This document shows positions 26,779 to 35,904 of a stretch of 36,062 nucleotides of DNA, in pieces. This DNA comes from Dehalococcoidia bacterium (GTDB taxonomy: Bacteria > Chloroflexota > Dehalococcoidia > Lucifugimonadales > UBA3495). How positions within the stretch are numbered: the stretch's first letter is position 1; each line of letters opens with the position of its first letter. Location: contig JASLXV010000100.1 in assembly GCA_030740155.1 (NCBI GenBank), forward strand, positions 1-36,062. Reading direction: 5' to 3'. The translations under genes were made by a program, and so were the position numbers. Under the pieces are notes generated by a model. The model saw only the letters and a program-made list of their open reading frames with translations. It was not told where the DNA came from and made no database searches.

Positions 26779-29007
26779 ATGCCAGAAGCGTCCCAGATTA
26801 TTTATACCAAGATTGATGAGGCTCCGGCCCTGGCCACACACTCGTTGCTGCCAATTCTCCGGGCCTTTACCAAGGGATCCGGCATTGAACTGGCGGCCTG
26901 GGATATCTCTTTGACTGGCCGCATTATCGCCAATTTCCCAGACAAGCTGACAGATGAGCAAAAAGTCCCCGACTATCTGACCATGTCCGGTGAGTTGTGC
27001 GAGGACCCGGCGGCGAACATTGTCAAGCTGCCCAATATCAGTGCCTCTATTCCCCAGCTAAAAGGCGCGATCAAAGAGTTGCAGGACAAGGGATATGATA
27101 TTCCCGACTACCCCGATGTGCCTGCAACCGACCAAGAACGCGAACTGCACGTGCGCTTTTCCAGGGTGTTGGGTAGTGCGGTCAACCCGGTTCTGCGAGA
27201 AGGGAACTCCGATCGCCGGTCGGCCACCTCGGTCAAAGAGCACGGGAAGCGCAATCCCCATCGGATGATGCGGGACTGGCCGGAAGTGTCCAAAACCCGC
27301 GTTGCCCACATGAGCAGTGGTGATTTCTACGGTAGTGAACAGGCCGTGACGGTCGCGGCAGCGGGATCGGCTGCTATCGAGTTTGTGGCCGGCGATGGTA
27401 GTGTGACCGTACTGAAAGCCGATATCCCCCTGTTAGCCGATGAAATCATCGACTGTACCGCGATGAATGTGAAGGCGCTGCGCCAGTTTTACGCTGACCA
27501 GATGGAAAAGGCTAAAGCCGATGGCGTGTTGCTTTCTTTGCATCTGAAGTCGACCATGATGCGCGTCTCCGATCCGATTATTTTCGGCCATTGCGTGTCG
27601 GTTTACTACCAGGACGTGTTGGCCAAACACGCGGCTGTGCTGGGTGAACTCGGGGTGAACCCCGACAACGGAGTGGCTGAACTCTACACCAAAATTGAAT
27701 CTCTGCCTGAAGCCAAACGAGCGGAAATCGAGGCAGATATACAGGCGGTCTACAGTGCCCGCCCGGAGCTGATGATGGTGAACTCCAATCGAGGTATCAC
27801 CAATCTGCATGTGCCGAGTGATGTGATTATCGATGCTACCATGCCCGTGATTGTCCGCGATGGCGGCCGCACGTGGGGTCCCGACAACGAGTTGCACGAC
27901 ACGATCGCGATGATTCCTGATCGCTCTTATGCGACTCTATATCAGGCGATTATCGAAGATTGTCAGAATCATGGGGCTTTCGACCCGTCTACCATCGGCA
28001 GTGTCGCCAATGTGGGGCTGATGGCCCAGAAAGCCGAAGAGTATGGGTCTCACGACAAGACCTTCAAAGCTCCCGGTAAAGGGGCGATTTGGGTCGTGGA
28101 CACATCGGGCACAACTCTGATGGAACAGAGCGTCGAGGAAGGCGATATCTTTCGGATGTGCCAGACCAAAGACGCGGCGATCCGGGACTGGGTCAAACTT
28201 GGGGTCAATCGGGCTAGAGCCACCGGCTCGCCGGCCATCGTTTGGTTGGACCCGAACCGGGCTCACGACGCTGAACTCATTAAGAAAGTGGACCAATATC
28301 TGCCTACCCACGACACCGCCGGGTTGGACATTCGCACCATGTCTCCTATCGACGCGATGAAGTCCACAATAGCACGCAGCCGGGCCGGCCAGGACACGAT
28401 TTCCGTCACTGGCAACATCCTGCGTGATTATCTGACTGACCTCTTCCCCATCCTCGAATTAGGCACCAGCGCCAAGATGCTTTCTGTCGTCCCCCTGCTT
28501 CAGGGTGGTGGGATGTTTGAGACGGGCGCTGGCGGGTCGGCCCCCAGGCACGTACAGCAGTTCCTTGAGGAGGGTCATTTGCGGTGGGATTCTCTGGGTG
28601 AATTCTGTGCCCTCGTCGCATCCTTCGAGCATCTCGGCGAGGTCTTTAAGAACGACAAGGCGAAACTCATGGCTGAGACCCTGGACCAAGCGATCGGGCA
28701 GCATTTGGAAAACCGCCGGGCGCCATCGCGCCGGGTGAACGAACTGGACACCCGAGGCAGTCATTTCTACCTCGCTCTGTACTGGGCGGAAGCGCTGGCC
28801 AAGCAGACCCAGGACCCAGAGCTGCAAGCTCGCTTTGTCGAGGTGGCCCAGCAGTTGGCCGCCAACGAAGACAAGATCGTGCAGGAGCTTAACGACGCTC
28901 AGGGACAGCCGGTGGATATCGGTGGTTATTACCATCCCAATGATGAGCTGGCCGCCAAAGCCATGCGTCCCAGCGCCACTCTGAATGCGATCGTGGACGC
29001 GATCTAG
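26779..29007 (+). CDS. icd: Monomeric NADP-dependent isocitrate dehydrogenase
   Basis: 742 aa; [89 protein letters not shown]. Confidence 0.97.
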   Translation: MPEASQIIYTKIDEAPALATHSLLPILRAFTKGSGIELAAWDISLTGRIIANFPDKLTDEQKVPDYLTMSGELCEDPAANIVKLPNISASIPQLKGAIKELQDKGYDIPDYPDVPATDQERELHVRFSRVLGSAVNPVLREGNSDRRSATSVKEHGKRNPHRMMRDWPEVSKTRVAHMSSGDFYGSEQAVTVAAAGSAAIEFVAGDGSVTVLKADIPLLADEIIDCTAMNVKALRQFYADQMEKAKADGVLLSLHLKSTMMRVSDPIIFGHCVSVYYQDVLAKHAAVLGELGVNPDNGVAELYTKIESLPEAKRAEIEADIQAVYSARPELMMVNSNRGITNLHVPSDVIIDATMPVIVRDGGRTWGPDNELHDTIAMIPDRSYATLYQAIIEDCQNHGAFDPSTIGSVANVGLMAQKAEEYGSHDKTFKAPGKGAIWVVDTSGTTLMEQSVEEGDIFRMCQTKDAAIRDWVKLGVNRARATGSPAIVWLDPNRAHDAELIKKVDQYLPTHDTAGLDIRTMSPIDAMKSTIARSRAGQDTISVTGNILRDYLTDLFPILELGTSAKMLSVVPLLQGGGMFETGAGGSAPRHVQQFLEEGHLRWDSLGEFCALVASFEHLGEVFKNDKAKLMAETLDQAIGQHLENRRAPSRRVNELDTRGSHFYLALYWAEALAKQTQDPELQARFVEVAQQLAANEDKIVQELNDAQGQPVDIGGYYHPNDELAAKAMRPSATLNAIVDAI

Positions 29008-29014
29008 TAACCTG

Positions 29015-29051
29015 CCGGCTGGCTGAGGCGCGGTCTTCAGCCAGCCGGTTT
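29015..29051 (+). terminator. Intrinsic terminator after icd
   Basis: ccggctggctgagg-cgcggt-cttcagccagccgg followed by ttt. Confidence 0.65.
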
Positions 29052-29182
29052 ACCGGTGTCTGAGTGCTCAAGGGCTGAAAGCTGATTTCCCTTGCGAGAA
29101 GGGCTTCCCTGGTCAGTAGCCGAACCCGTGGGCGTGGTGGCGGAGCAGCGCCGGCCCCTTCTTCCTCCCGATTCCGCGGAGG

Positions 29183-31264
29183 TCAGCCCGCGAGCTGCTT
29201 CGACAGCGCCTCTACCTCGGTGACCGGAAGCTGGCACGCGTAATTCTGGCACACGTAGGCCGTTGGCTTGCCGTCGACCATTCCCCGGTCACGGAGGAGA
29301 GGGGGGTCGATGGGGTGCTTGACCCCCTCTTGCCCTCCTTCCGCAGGAGGGAGTGATGAGGCTCCCACCACCACTCTATTGGGCAGGTAGCGGTTGAATA
29401 CGGTGTCGACCAGGGCCTGGGTGGCCGGGTCCTCGGGAGGGCCGATGATGGCGATCTCTTTGGGCGCGGCGAGGTGGAAGTCCAGGGCCCCCAGCCAGTG
29501 CCCGGTGCCCGCCGGGGCCCGGCCCATTAGGTCGCCGAGGGCTTTCAGTGGCGCAGCTCCTTTGACGGCATATTCCTGGTTGCCGGTGATCACCGCCAGC
29601 CGCAGCAGGACGTCGGCGGCCACCGACCCGCCGCAGGGCTGAGCGTTGTCGAAGATATCCCTGGGCCTGACCACCAGCGCCTCGTGGTCCGAGCCGGTGT
29701 CGTAGAAGCCGCCGTCCGTATCGTCCCAGAACAGCTTTATCATGGAATCAGCCAACCCGGTAGCCTCGGCCAGCCATCGGGGGTTGAAAGTAGCTTCGTA
29801 GAGAGCCAGGAGCCCGTCGGCAATGCAAGCGTAGTCCTCCAGGTAACCCAGAAGCTTGGCCTGTCCAGCCCGGTAGGTGCGGAGCAGGCGACCCGCTGGT
29901 TTCATGGTCTCCATCAGAAAGCTGGCATTCCTGATCGCGGCCTGCAGGTAGTCGGCCCGGCCCAGGGCCACCGCCGCCTCGGCGAAGCTGCGCAGCATGA
30001 GGCCGTTCCAGGAAGCGAGCACCTTGTCGTCCCGCAGCGGGTGGACCCGGCGCTCCCGCGTTTCCCGGAGGACCGTTTTGCCCCGGTCTACGACTCGCTG
30101 CAGCCGCTCCGGAGAGAGCCCGTGCCCTTCGGCATAGGGGGCCACCTCCTGTGATATGTTGAGGATGTTCTTTCCCTCGAAATTTCCGGCGCCGGTGACC
30201 CCGAAAAAACCGTTGAAGATGTCGCCTTCCTCGTCTCCCAGCGCGGCCCGGATTTCCTCCGGAGACCAGACGAAAAACTTGCCCTCCACTCCCTCGCTGG
30301 CGGCGTCCTGGGCCGAGTAGAAACCGCCACTTGGGTCGGTCATCTCCCGCAGGACGTAGTCCAGAGTCTCCTCGGCTATCCGGCGATATAGAGGGCGACG
30401 CGTGACCAGGTGGGCGTGCAGGTAGAGCCGGGCCAGCAGGGCGTTATCGTAGAGCATCTTCTCGAAGTGGGGGACCAGCCAGAGGTCATCGGTGGAGTAC
30501 CGGTGAAAGCCCCCGCCGATCTGGTCGTAGATGCCGCCTTGGGCCATCTTCTCCAGGGTAAGCTCCACCATCTCTAGGGCGCGCCTCGATGCGTTGGGGT
30601 AGCCGTGGTGGTGGTAGCGAAGCAGGAATTCCAACGACATGGGCTGGGGGAATTTTGGGGCGGCGCCGAGGCCGCCGTTCTCAAAGTCGAAGCCGGCGGC
30701 CAGGTTGGAGTAGGCTTCGTGTAAGATCTCCTCCGTTGGTGGAGTCTCCCCCTGAAGCATCTGGCCGGAGCGGCCCATCCTCTCGGCGAGCTGCTGGGTG
30801 ACCCGGCCGATCTCCCCCTGGCTATTCGCGTACGCTTCAGAGAGAGACCGGAGCAGCCTGGGGAAACCCGGCATGCCGTGGCGGTCCTCCGGCGGGAAGT
30901 AGGTGCCGCCGTAGAACGCTCTGCCCTCCGGGGTGAGGAAAACGGTCATCGGCCAGCCGCCGCTGCCCGTCAGCATCTGCACCGCCTCCATGTACACCGC
31001 GTCCAGGTCGGGCCGCTCCTCCCGGTCCACCTTGATGCTGACGAAGCCCTCGTTCATCAGGGCGGCGATGGTTTCATTTTCGAAGGATTCCCGCTCCATG
31101 ACGTGGCACCAGTGGCAGGCAGAATACCCGATGCTGAGCAGGATGGGTTTGTCCTCGGCTTTGGCGCGGGCCAGGGCCTCTTCACCCCATGGGTACCAGT
31201 CCACCGGGTTTTGGGCGTGTTGCAACAGGTAGGGGCTGGTCTCGTGGATCAGACGGTTGGGCAT
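29183..31264 (-). CDS. YyaL/SSP411-family thioredoxin-domain protein
   Basis: [89 protein letters not shown] precedes ATG 31264, so the track ORF's extension to 31501 is spurious. Confidence 0.95.
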   Translation of the reverse strand: MPNRLIHETSPYLLQHAQNPVDWYPWGEEALARAKAEDKPILLSIGYSACHWCHVMERESFENETIAALMNEGFVSIKVDREERPDLDAVYMEAVQMLTGSGGWPMTVFLTPEGRAFYGGTYFPPEDRHGMPGFPRLLRSLSEAYANSQGEIGRVTQQLAERMGRSGQMLQGETPPTEEILHEAYSNLAAGFDFENGGLGAAPKFPQPMSLEFLLRYHHHGYPNASRRALEMVELTLEKMAQGGIYDQIGGGFHRYSTDDLWLVPHFEKMLYDNALLARLYLHAHLVTRRPLYRRIAEETLDYVLREMTDPSGGFYSAQDAASEGVEGKFFVWSPEEIRAALGDEEGDIFNGFFGVTGAGNFEGKNILNISQEVAPYAEGHGLSPERLQRVVDRGKTVLRETRERRVHPLRDDKVLASWNGLMLRSFAEAAVALGRADYLQAAIRNASFLMETMKPAGRLLRTYRAGQAKLLGYLEDYACIADGLLALYEATFNPRWLAEATGLADSMIKLFWDDTDGGFYDTGSDHEALVVRPRDIFDNAQPCGGSVAADVLLRLAVITGNQEYAVKGAAPLKALGDLMGRAPAGTGHWLGALDFHLAAPKEIAIIGPPEDPATQALVDTVFNRYLPNRVVVGASSLPPAEGGQEGVKHPIDPPLLRDRGMVDGKPTAYVCQNYACQLPVTEVEALSKQLAG
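29298..29352. repeat. REP-like double hairpin in-frame inside the YyaL-family gene
   Basis: agaggggggtcga-tggggtgc-ttgaccccctct followed by ccctcctt-ccgc-aggaggg; similar to the nuoI copy. Confidence 0.6.
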
Positions 31265-31375
31265 GGGGACTCCTATGTGAACCCGCTTGAGAGGCGGGAG
31301 AGTTTTCCATATCTCCATTGTCAACCACAACGCCGCGGAACACCACAGCGTTTGGGTGTCGATACCTGGGAGCCG

Positions 31376-31528
31376 GCCAATTCTTTCAAGAAAGACACGC
31401 GGGTGAACATCCGGGTATTCAGGAAGGAACTGGAAGCCCTCCGGAAGAGGGCGCTGGAGGAGGGCATTCCCTACCAGACCTTGACGGGCAGCGTTCTGCA
31501 CAAGATCGTAGCAGGTCGGCTGGTTTAG
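31376..31528 (+). pseudogene. C-terminal fragment of a CopG/RHH-type antitoxin
   Basis: [50 protein letters not shown] matches the RINIR...[12 protein letters not shown] motif of BrnT/DUF4258-associated antitoxins. No convincing N-terminus or toxin gene. Confidence 0.7.
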
Positions 31529-31540
31529 AAGAGGCGGTAG

Positions 31541-31617
31541 TACTCAGTCAACTCAATTGCTGAAAGGTGTCATTCCTCAACAGCCCCGGTTGAATTGCAA
31601 CCGGCCTGAGAATGGCG
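31541..31617. repeat. Degenerate copy of the 23389-23510 element
   Basis: tactcagtcaac (reverse complement of 23501-23512), then tgtcattc...ccggttg-aattg-caaccgg...gagaatggc. Confidence 0.6.
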
Positions 31618-31645
31618 CCGGGGAAACCATTTTCCGGCCTTCGCC

Positions 31646-33400
31646 TTACCCGCCCAACTCCCCGTTCAGCCGCTCCACCAAACCTGAAAGCGGCATCTTT
31701 CCCAGGTCGCCTTCTTCCCGGTGCCGCACCGCAACGGCTCCCTCTTTCTGCTCTCTGTCCCCCACGACCAGCATGTAAGGGATTTTCTGCATCTGGGCGT
31801 TGCGTATCTTTAGGTTCATCCGCTCGCCGCGAGAGTCGACTTCCACCCGGAATCCGCCAGCCTCCAGCTTGCCTTTCAGTGACTCGGCGTAATCCAGGTG
31901 CCGGTCGGCGATGGGGATGACCACCGCCTGGACGGGGGCCAGCCACAGGGGGAAGGCCCCGGCGTAGTGCTCGATCAGCACTCCCAGGAACCGCTCCATG
32001 GACCCCAGGATGGCCCGGTGCACCATGTAGGGGCGGCTCCGGCCTCCTTCGGCGTCCTGGAAGGTCAGGTCGAACCGTTCCGGCAGGTTGAAGTCGAACT
32101 GGACCGTGGTGCATTGCCAGGCCCGGCCCAGGGCGTCGGTGATCTTGATGTCTATCTTGGGGCCGTAGAAGGCCCCGCCGCCTTCGTCGATGTCGAAGGT
32201 TAGATGCCGTTGCTCCAGGGCCAGCCTGAGGGACTGGGTAGCATGGTCCCACGTCTCCGGGTCGCCCACGTACTTCTCGGGCCGGGTGGACAGAGATATG
32301 GAGTAATCGGCGAACCCGAAGGCCTCCAGAAGCTCGAAAGTCAGGTCCAGCACGCCGCCGACTTCGGCTTCCACCTGGTCCGGGCGGCAGAAGATATGGG
32401 CGTCGTCCTGGGTGAACCCCCGCACGCGCATCAGCCCGTGGAGCACCCCGCTGCGTTCGTAGCGGTAGACCGTGCCCAGCTCGGCGAAGCGCAGGGGCAG
32501 TTCCCGGTAGCTCCGCAGCGCCGAGCGGTACACCATGATGTGGAACGGGCAGTTCATCGGCTTCAGGAAATACTCCTGCTCGTCCACCACCAGGGGGGCG
32601 TACATGCTGTCTCGGTAGAAATCCAGATGGCCGCTCGTCTGCCAAAGCTGGGCGCGGCCTATATGGGGCGAGTAGATGATGTCGTAGCCCAGGCGGTAGT
32701 GAAGCGCCCGCCAGTAGTCCTCGATGAGGGTGCGAATCCGGCCTCCCTTGGGGTGCCACACGACCAGTCCGGAGCCGATCTCCTCGTGGACCGTGAAGAG
32801 GCCCAGTTGGCGCCCCAGGGTGCGGTGGTCGCGTTTCTCCGCCTCTTCCAGCCGGGCCAGATAGGCATCCAACTCCTCCTGGCTCTCGAAGGCGGTGCCG
32901 TAGATGCGTTGGAGCATCGGGCGGTGTTCGTCGCCCCGCCAGTAGGCCCCGGCCAGTTGGAGCAGCTTCACCGCAACTATCTCGGAGGTGTTGGCCACGT
33001 GGGGCCCCTGGCAGAGGTCCACAAACTCGGCGTGCCGGTAGACCGACAGCGTCTCGGCGTTGGCCAGACTGTCGATGATCTCCAGCTTGTAGGGCTGATC
33101 GGCAAAAAGGTTCTTGGCTTCCCCCCGGCCGATCTCCTCCCGGAGGAAGTCATGACCGCCGGCGATGCTCCGGAGCATCAACTTTTCGATTTGCTCCAGG
33201 TCCTCGGGGGTGAACGGGCGGGAAACGTCGAAATCGTAGTAGAAACCGTCCGCCGTGGGTGGCCCGATGGCTATCTTTGCTTCTGGAAACAGCTCGGTGA
33301 CTGCCTCAGCCATGACGTGGGCCGCGGAGTGGCGCATTCGGTGGCGCCGGGCCTCTACCGGATCGGCGTTGCCGCTTTCGAGGGTACCGTGATCTAGCAT
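31646..33400 (-). CDS. thrS: Threonine--tRNA ligase (no TGS/N1 domain)
   Basis: RHSAAHVMAEAV, DLCQGPHV, GAYWRGDE, RDHRTLG, LKPMNCPFH, RVRGFTQDDAH, FYGPKID, HRAILGSMERF. ATG 33400 preferred; 33448 possible. Confidence 0.97.
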   Translation of the reverse strand: MLDHGTLESGNADPVEARRHRMRHSAAHVMAEAVTELFPEAKIAIGPPTADGFYYDFDVSRPFTPEDLEQIEKLMLRSIAGGHDFLREEIGRGEAKNLFADQPYKLEIIDSLANAETLSVYRHAEFVDLCQGPHVANTSEIVAVKLLQLAGAYWRGDEHRPMLQRIYGTAFESQEELDAYLARLEEAEKRDHRTLGRQLGLFTVHEEIGSGLVVWHPKGGRIRTLIEDYWRALHYRLGYDIIYSPHIGRAQLWQTSGHLDFYRDSMYAPLVVDEQEYFLKPMNCPFHIMVYRSALRSYRELPLRFAELGTVYRYERSGVLHGLMRVRGFTQDDAHIFCRPDQVEAEVGGVLDLTFELLEAFGFADYSISLSTRPEKYVGDPETWDHATQSLRLALEQRHLTFDIDEGGGAFYGPKIDIKITDALGRAWQCTTVQFDFNLPERFDLTFQDAEGGRSRPYMVHRAILGSMERFLGVLIEHYAGAFPLWLAPVQAVVIPIADRHLDYAESLKGKLEAGGFRVEVDSRGERMNLKIRNAQMQKIPYMLVVGDREQKEGAVAVRHREEGDLGKMPLSGLVERLNGELGG

Positions 33401-33535
33401 AATTCGGCCTGCATGAAAATTTCGGAGGTCCGTGGATGCCTCTGGCACGAGCGTTCGGCTAGCGATTCTGTCACCGGCCGCCGCCTGCCTCCCAGCGCGG
33501 CTTCCACGGGGCTTGGAGTTAAGAACTCCCGGTAC

Positions 33536-33541
33536 ATTATA
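33536..33541 (-). promoter_or_regulatory. -10 element for thrS
   Basis: Perfect TATAAT on the minus strand about 135 nt upstream of the start. Confidence 0.55.
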
Positions 33542-33674
33542 GCCTAATGGGCTGGCCCGCTGTACGGAAAACGTCGCGGTTGCCCGTTGGATTTTCCAGA
33601 CCTGATGGAGTCTCGGGGCCTTTTCTCGCCCGGACCGGCAGACCGCGAGGGGATTCGAAGGCCGGTGCGACCGG

Positions 33675-34301
33675 TCAGGGCAAACGGTTGAACAGCCCGC
33701 GCCATTGGCGGGTCTTGAATGCCGTGAGTAATTGCTCCCGGATACCGATGGAGTAGGTCACAACTACCATTACCGTCAACGACGCGCACAGGATGATCTG
33801 CACGGCGCCCTGGCCGGTGACCACCAACATGACGTTCAAGAATACAAATCCGACGCCCGCGCCGGTTACGACGTTGCGGGTCAAGAATATGACCAAAGCC
33901 ACCGGGAGAATGGTGACGAGGGTTGGCACGAGTACCAGGGCCAGAGAAATACCGAAGATAGCCGCCGCCCCTTTTCCGCCCTGAAAACGAAGGAATACCG
34001 TCCAGTTATGGCCCGCCACGACCAGCGGAGTCGTCAGGAAAAGGACCTCGTCCGGCGCGCCAAGCCAGCCGGGGATCAGCACGGCCAAGGCCCCTTTGCC
34101 GGCGTCCACGAAGAGCACGAACAGCCCGCCAAAGGCTCCGACTTGCTGGTAGGTGTTCAGGGCTCCCACGTTCTTGGTGCCCACCTGCCGTATGTCGACG
34201 CCCTTGACCAGGCGAACCACCAGGTAGCCGGTGGGTAGTGAGCCCAGCAGGTACGCTCCAAAGCTTAGCGGGATAGCCAGCAGCCAATCCAAGGCCGGCA
34301 C
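33675..34301 (-). CDS. plsY: Glycerol-3-phosphate acyltransferase PlsY
   Basis: AYLLGSLPTG, DIRQVGTKNVGALN, DAGKG, GHNWTVFLRFQGGKGAA; multiple TM helices. Confidence 0.9.
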   Translation of the reverse strand: MPALDWLLAIPLSFGAYLLGSLPTGYLVVRLVKGVDIRQVGTKNVGALNTYQQVGAFGGLFVLFVDAGKGALAVLIPGWLGAPDEVLFLTTPLVVAGHNWTVFLRFQGGKGAAAIFGISLALVLVPTLVTILPVALVIFLTRNVVTGAGVGFVFLNVMLVVTGQGAVQIILCASLTVMVVVTYSIGIREQLLTAFKTRQWRGLFNRLP

Positions 34302-34502
34302 CTCCAGGTGGGCGGACAGACGCCCTCATCTACAGCAAACAGTTTGCCCGGTAGAGCATACCCCTACCCCCTCCGCATTTGTCAACTCAGGCCGTCACTG
34401 GCGATCCGCCTAACTGGCTTCGGCAGCCTCCTTGGTCTGGGAAATGTGCCGGGGAAAGTTGTACGCCGGGGTACCGTTTCTCCGCCTCAACGACCGGTTT
34501 CT

Positions 34503-34511
34503 TGCTATAAT
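34503..34511 (+). promoter_or_regulatory. Extended -10 promoter upstream of prfB
   Basis: TGCTATAAT. Confidence 0.55.
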
Positions 34512-34796
34512 GGGGCGGCGGTATCCGTAGCGTGAATCCAGGTAGTCTGTCGCCCAGGCTCCGGCGCGGCCGCCGGTCAAATATGCCCAAGGGACAACAT
34601 TGACCCGTCGTGCTGGTGGCAGTGCGGGCAGCGGGGCGAAGTTTCTCACGCAACTGGAGGCGCAATCGGCCGTCCGAAAAGGACAGGCCGTTACAGTTGG
34701 CAACTCTTTTCGAGCCCGAAAAGCCCCCGATCAGACCGGCCCGAAAAGCAGACGCCCGGCTTGCCGGGCACTCAGTCCGGGGGAATAGGAGAGAGC

Positions 34797-35904
34797 ATGG
34801 AACAACTCAAGCTGAACCTGCAAACCGTTTGTAAGAAGATAGATTCCGTGGTGGAGCGTCTTTGACCTCGCTGACAAAGAAATTGCGATTGCCCGCATGG
34901 AGCTGGAATCGGCCACTCCCGGCTTTTGGGACGACCCCCGGGAAGCCCAACGGAAAATGCAGCAGTTGGGCCGCCTCAAAGACGCGGTGACCCTTTGGCG
35001 AGGCCTTCAAACGGGCTCCAAGAACCTACTGGAGTTGACCGAACTGGCCCTGGCGGAGGAGGACTATTCCCTACAGGAAGAGTTGGAGGCCGAGGCCCGC
35101 ACGATCACCCGGTCCTTGGCCCGGGAAGAGGTCAACCTGACCTTGTCCGGACCCTTCGACGACCGGCCGGCTATCGTCACCATCCACGCCGGAGCCGGGG
35201 GCACCGACTCTCAGGACTGGGCAGAGATGCTGCTGCGCATGTACGCCAAATGGGCGGAAATACAGGGCCGCCCGGTTCAGATAATGGACCTCTCCTACGG
35301 AGATGAAGCCGGCCTCCGCAACGCCACCCTGGAAGTCGGAGGCCCTCACGCCTTCGGCTACGCGAGCGCCGAGCGGGGCGTCCACCGGCTGGTCCGCCTG
35401 TCGCCCTATGACCCTAACCACTTGCGGCACACCTCTTTCGCCGTGGTGGAGGTTATTCCGGTCTCAGACGAAGAAGCCGAAGTGACGGTGCGGTCCGAAG
35501 ACCTGAAGTTGGACTTCTTCCGGGCCAGTGGCCCCGGGGGGCAGAACGTGCAGAAAGTGGCTTCCGCGGTACGCTTGACCCACGTCCCATCAGGCATCGT
35601 CATTAGCTGCCAGAACGAGCGGTCCCAGCATCAGAACCGGGAATTTGCCCTGCGCATCCTGAGGGCCAAACTCCTGGCCCGGCAGAACGAGCAGCGGGCC
35701 GAGGAGCTAGCGAAACTCCGGGGCCAGAGGGTAAGCCCGGAATGGGGAAACCAGATTCGCAGCTACGTGCTGCATCCGTACAAGTCGGTGAAAGACCACC
35801 GGACCAACCACCAGAGCACCAACCCGGATGCGGTGCTCGCCGGAAACGTGGATGAGTTCATCCAGGCCTATCTCATGTCCAAGGTCGGAAAAGAGACAGG
35901 CTAG
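34797..35904 (+). CDS. prfB: Peptide chain release factor 2, with programmed +1 frameshift
   Basis: ATG 34797 after AGGAGA gives MEQLKLNLQTVCKKIDSVVERL, then CTT TGA C (34860-34866). The +1 frame continues DLADKEIAIARMELES... and contains GAGGTDSQDWA, RLVRLSPY (SPF-like), GPGGQNV and WGNQIRSYV. Confidence 0.96.
34853..34866 (+). promoter_or_regulatory. RF2 autoregulatory frameshift cassette
   Basis: Internal SD-like GGAG, 3-nt spacer, CTT TGA C. Confidence 0.92.

Noticed and set aside
33495..33510. GTGGAAGCCGCG resembling a T-box sequence upstream of thrS
   Set aside because: It does not match UGGNACC and lies only about 25 nt after the predicted start site, leaving no room for stem I or a specifier loop.
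34589..34645. Sequence upstream of prfB faintly resembling a SecA SEC-C tail (ND-P-CW-C-GSG-KF)
   Set aside because: It needs several indels to align and there is no upstream secA body; indistinguishable from chance by eye.
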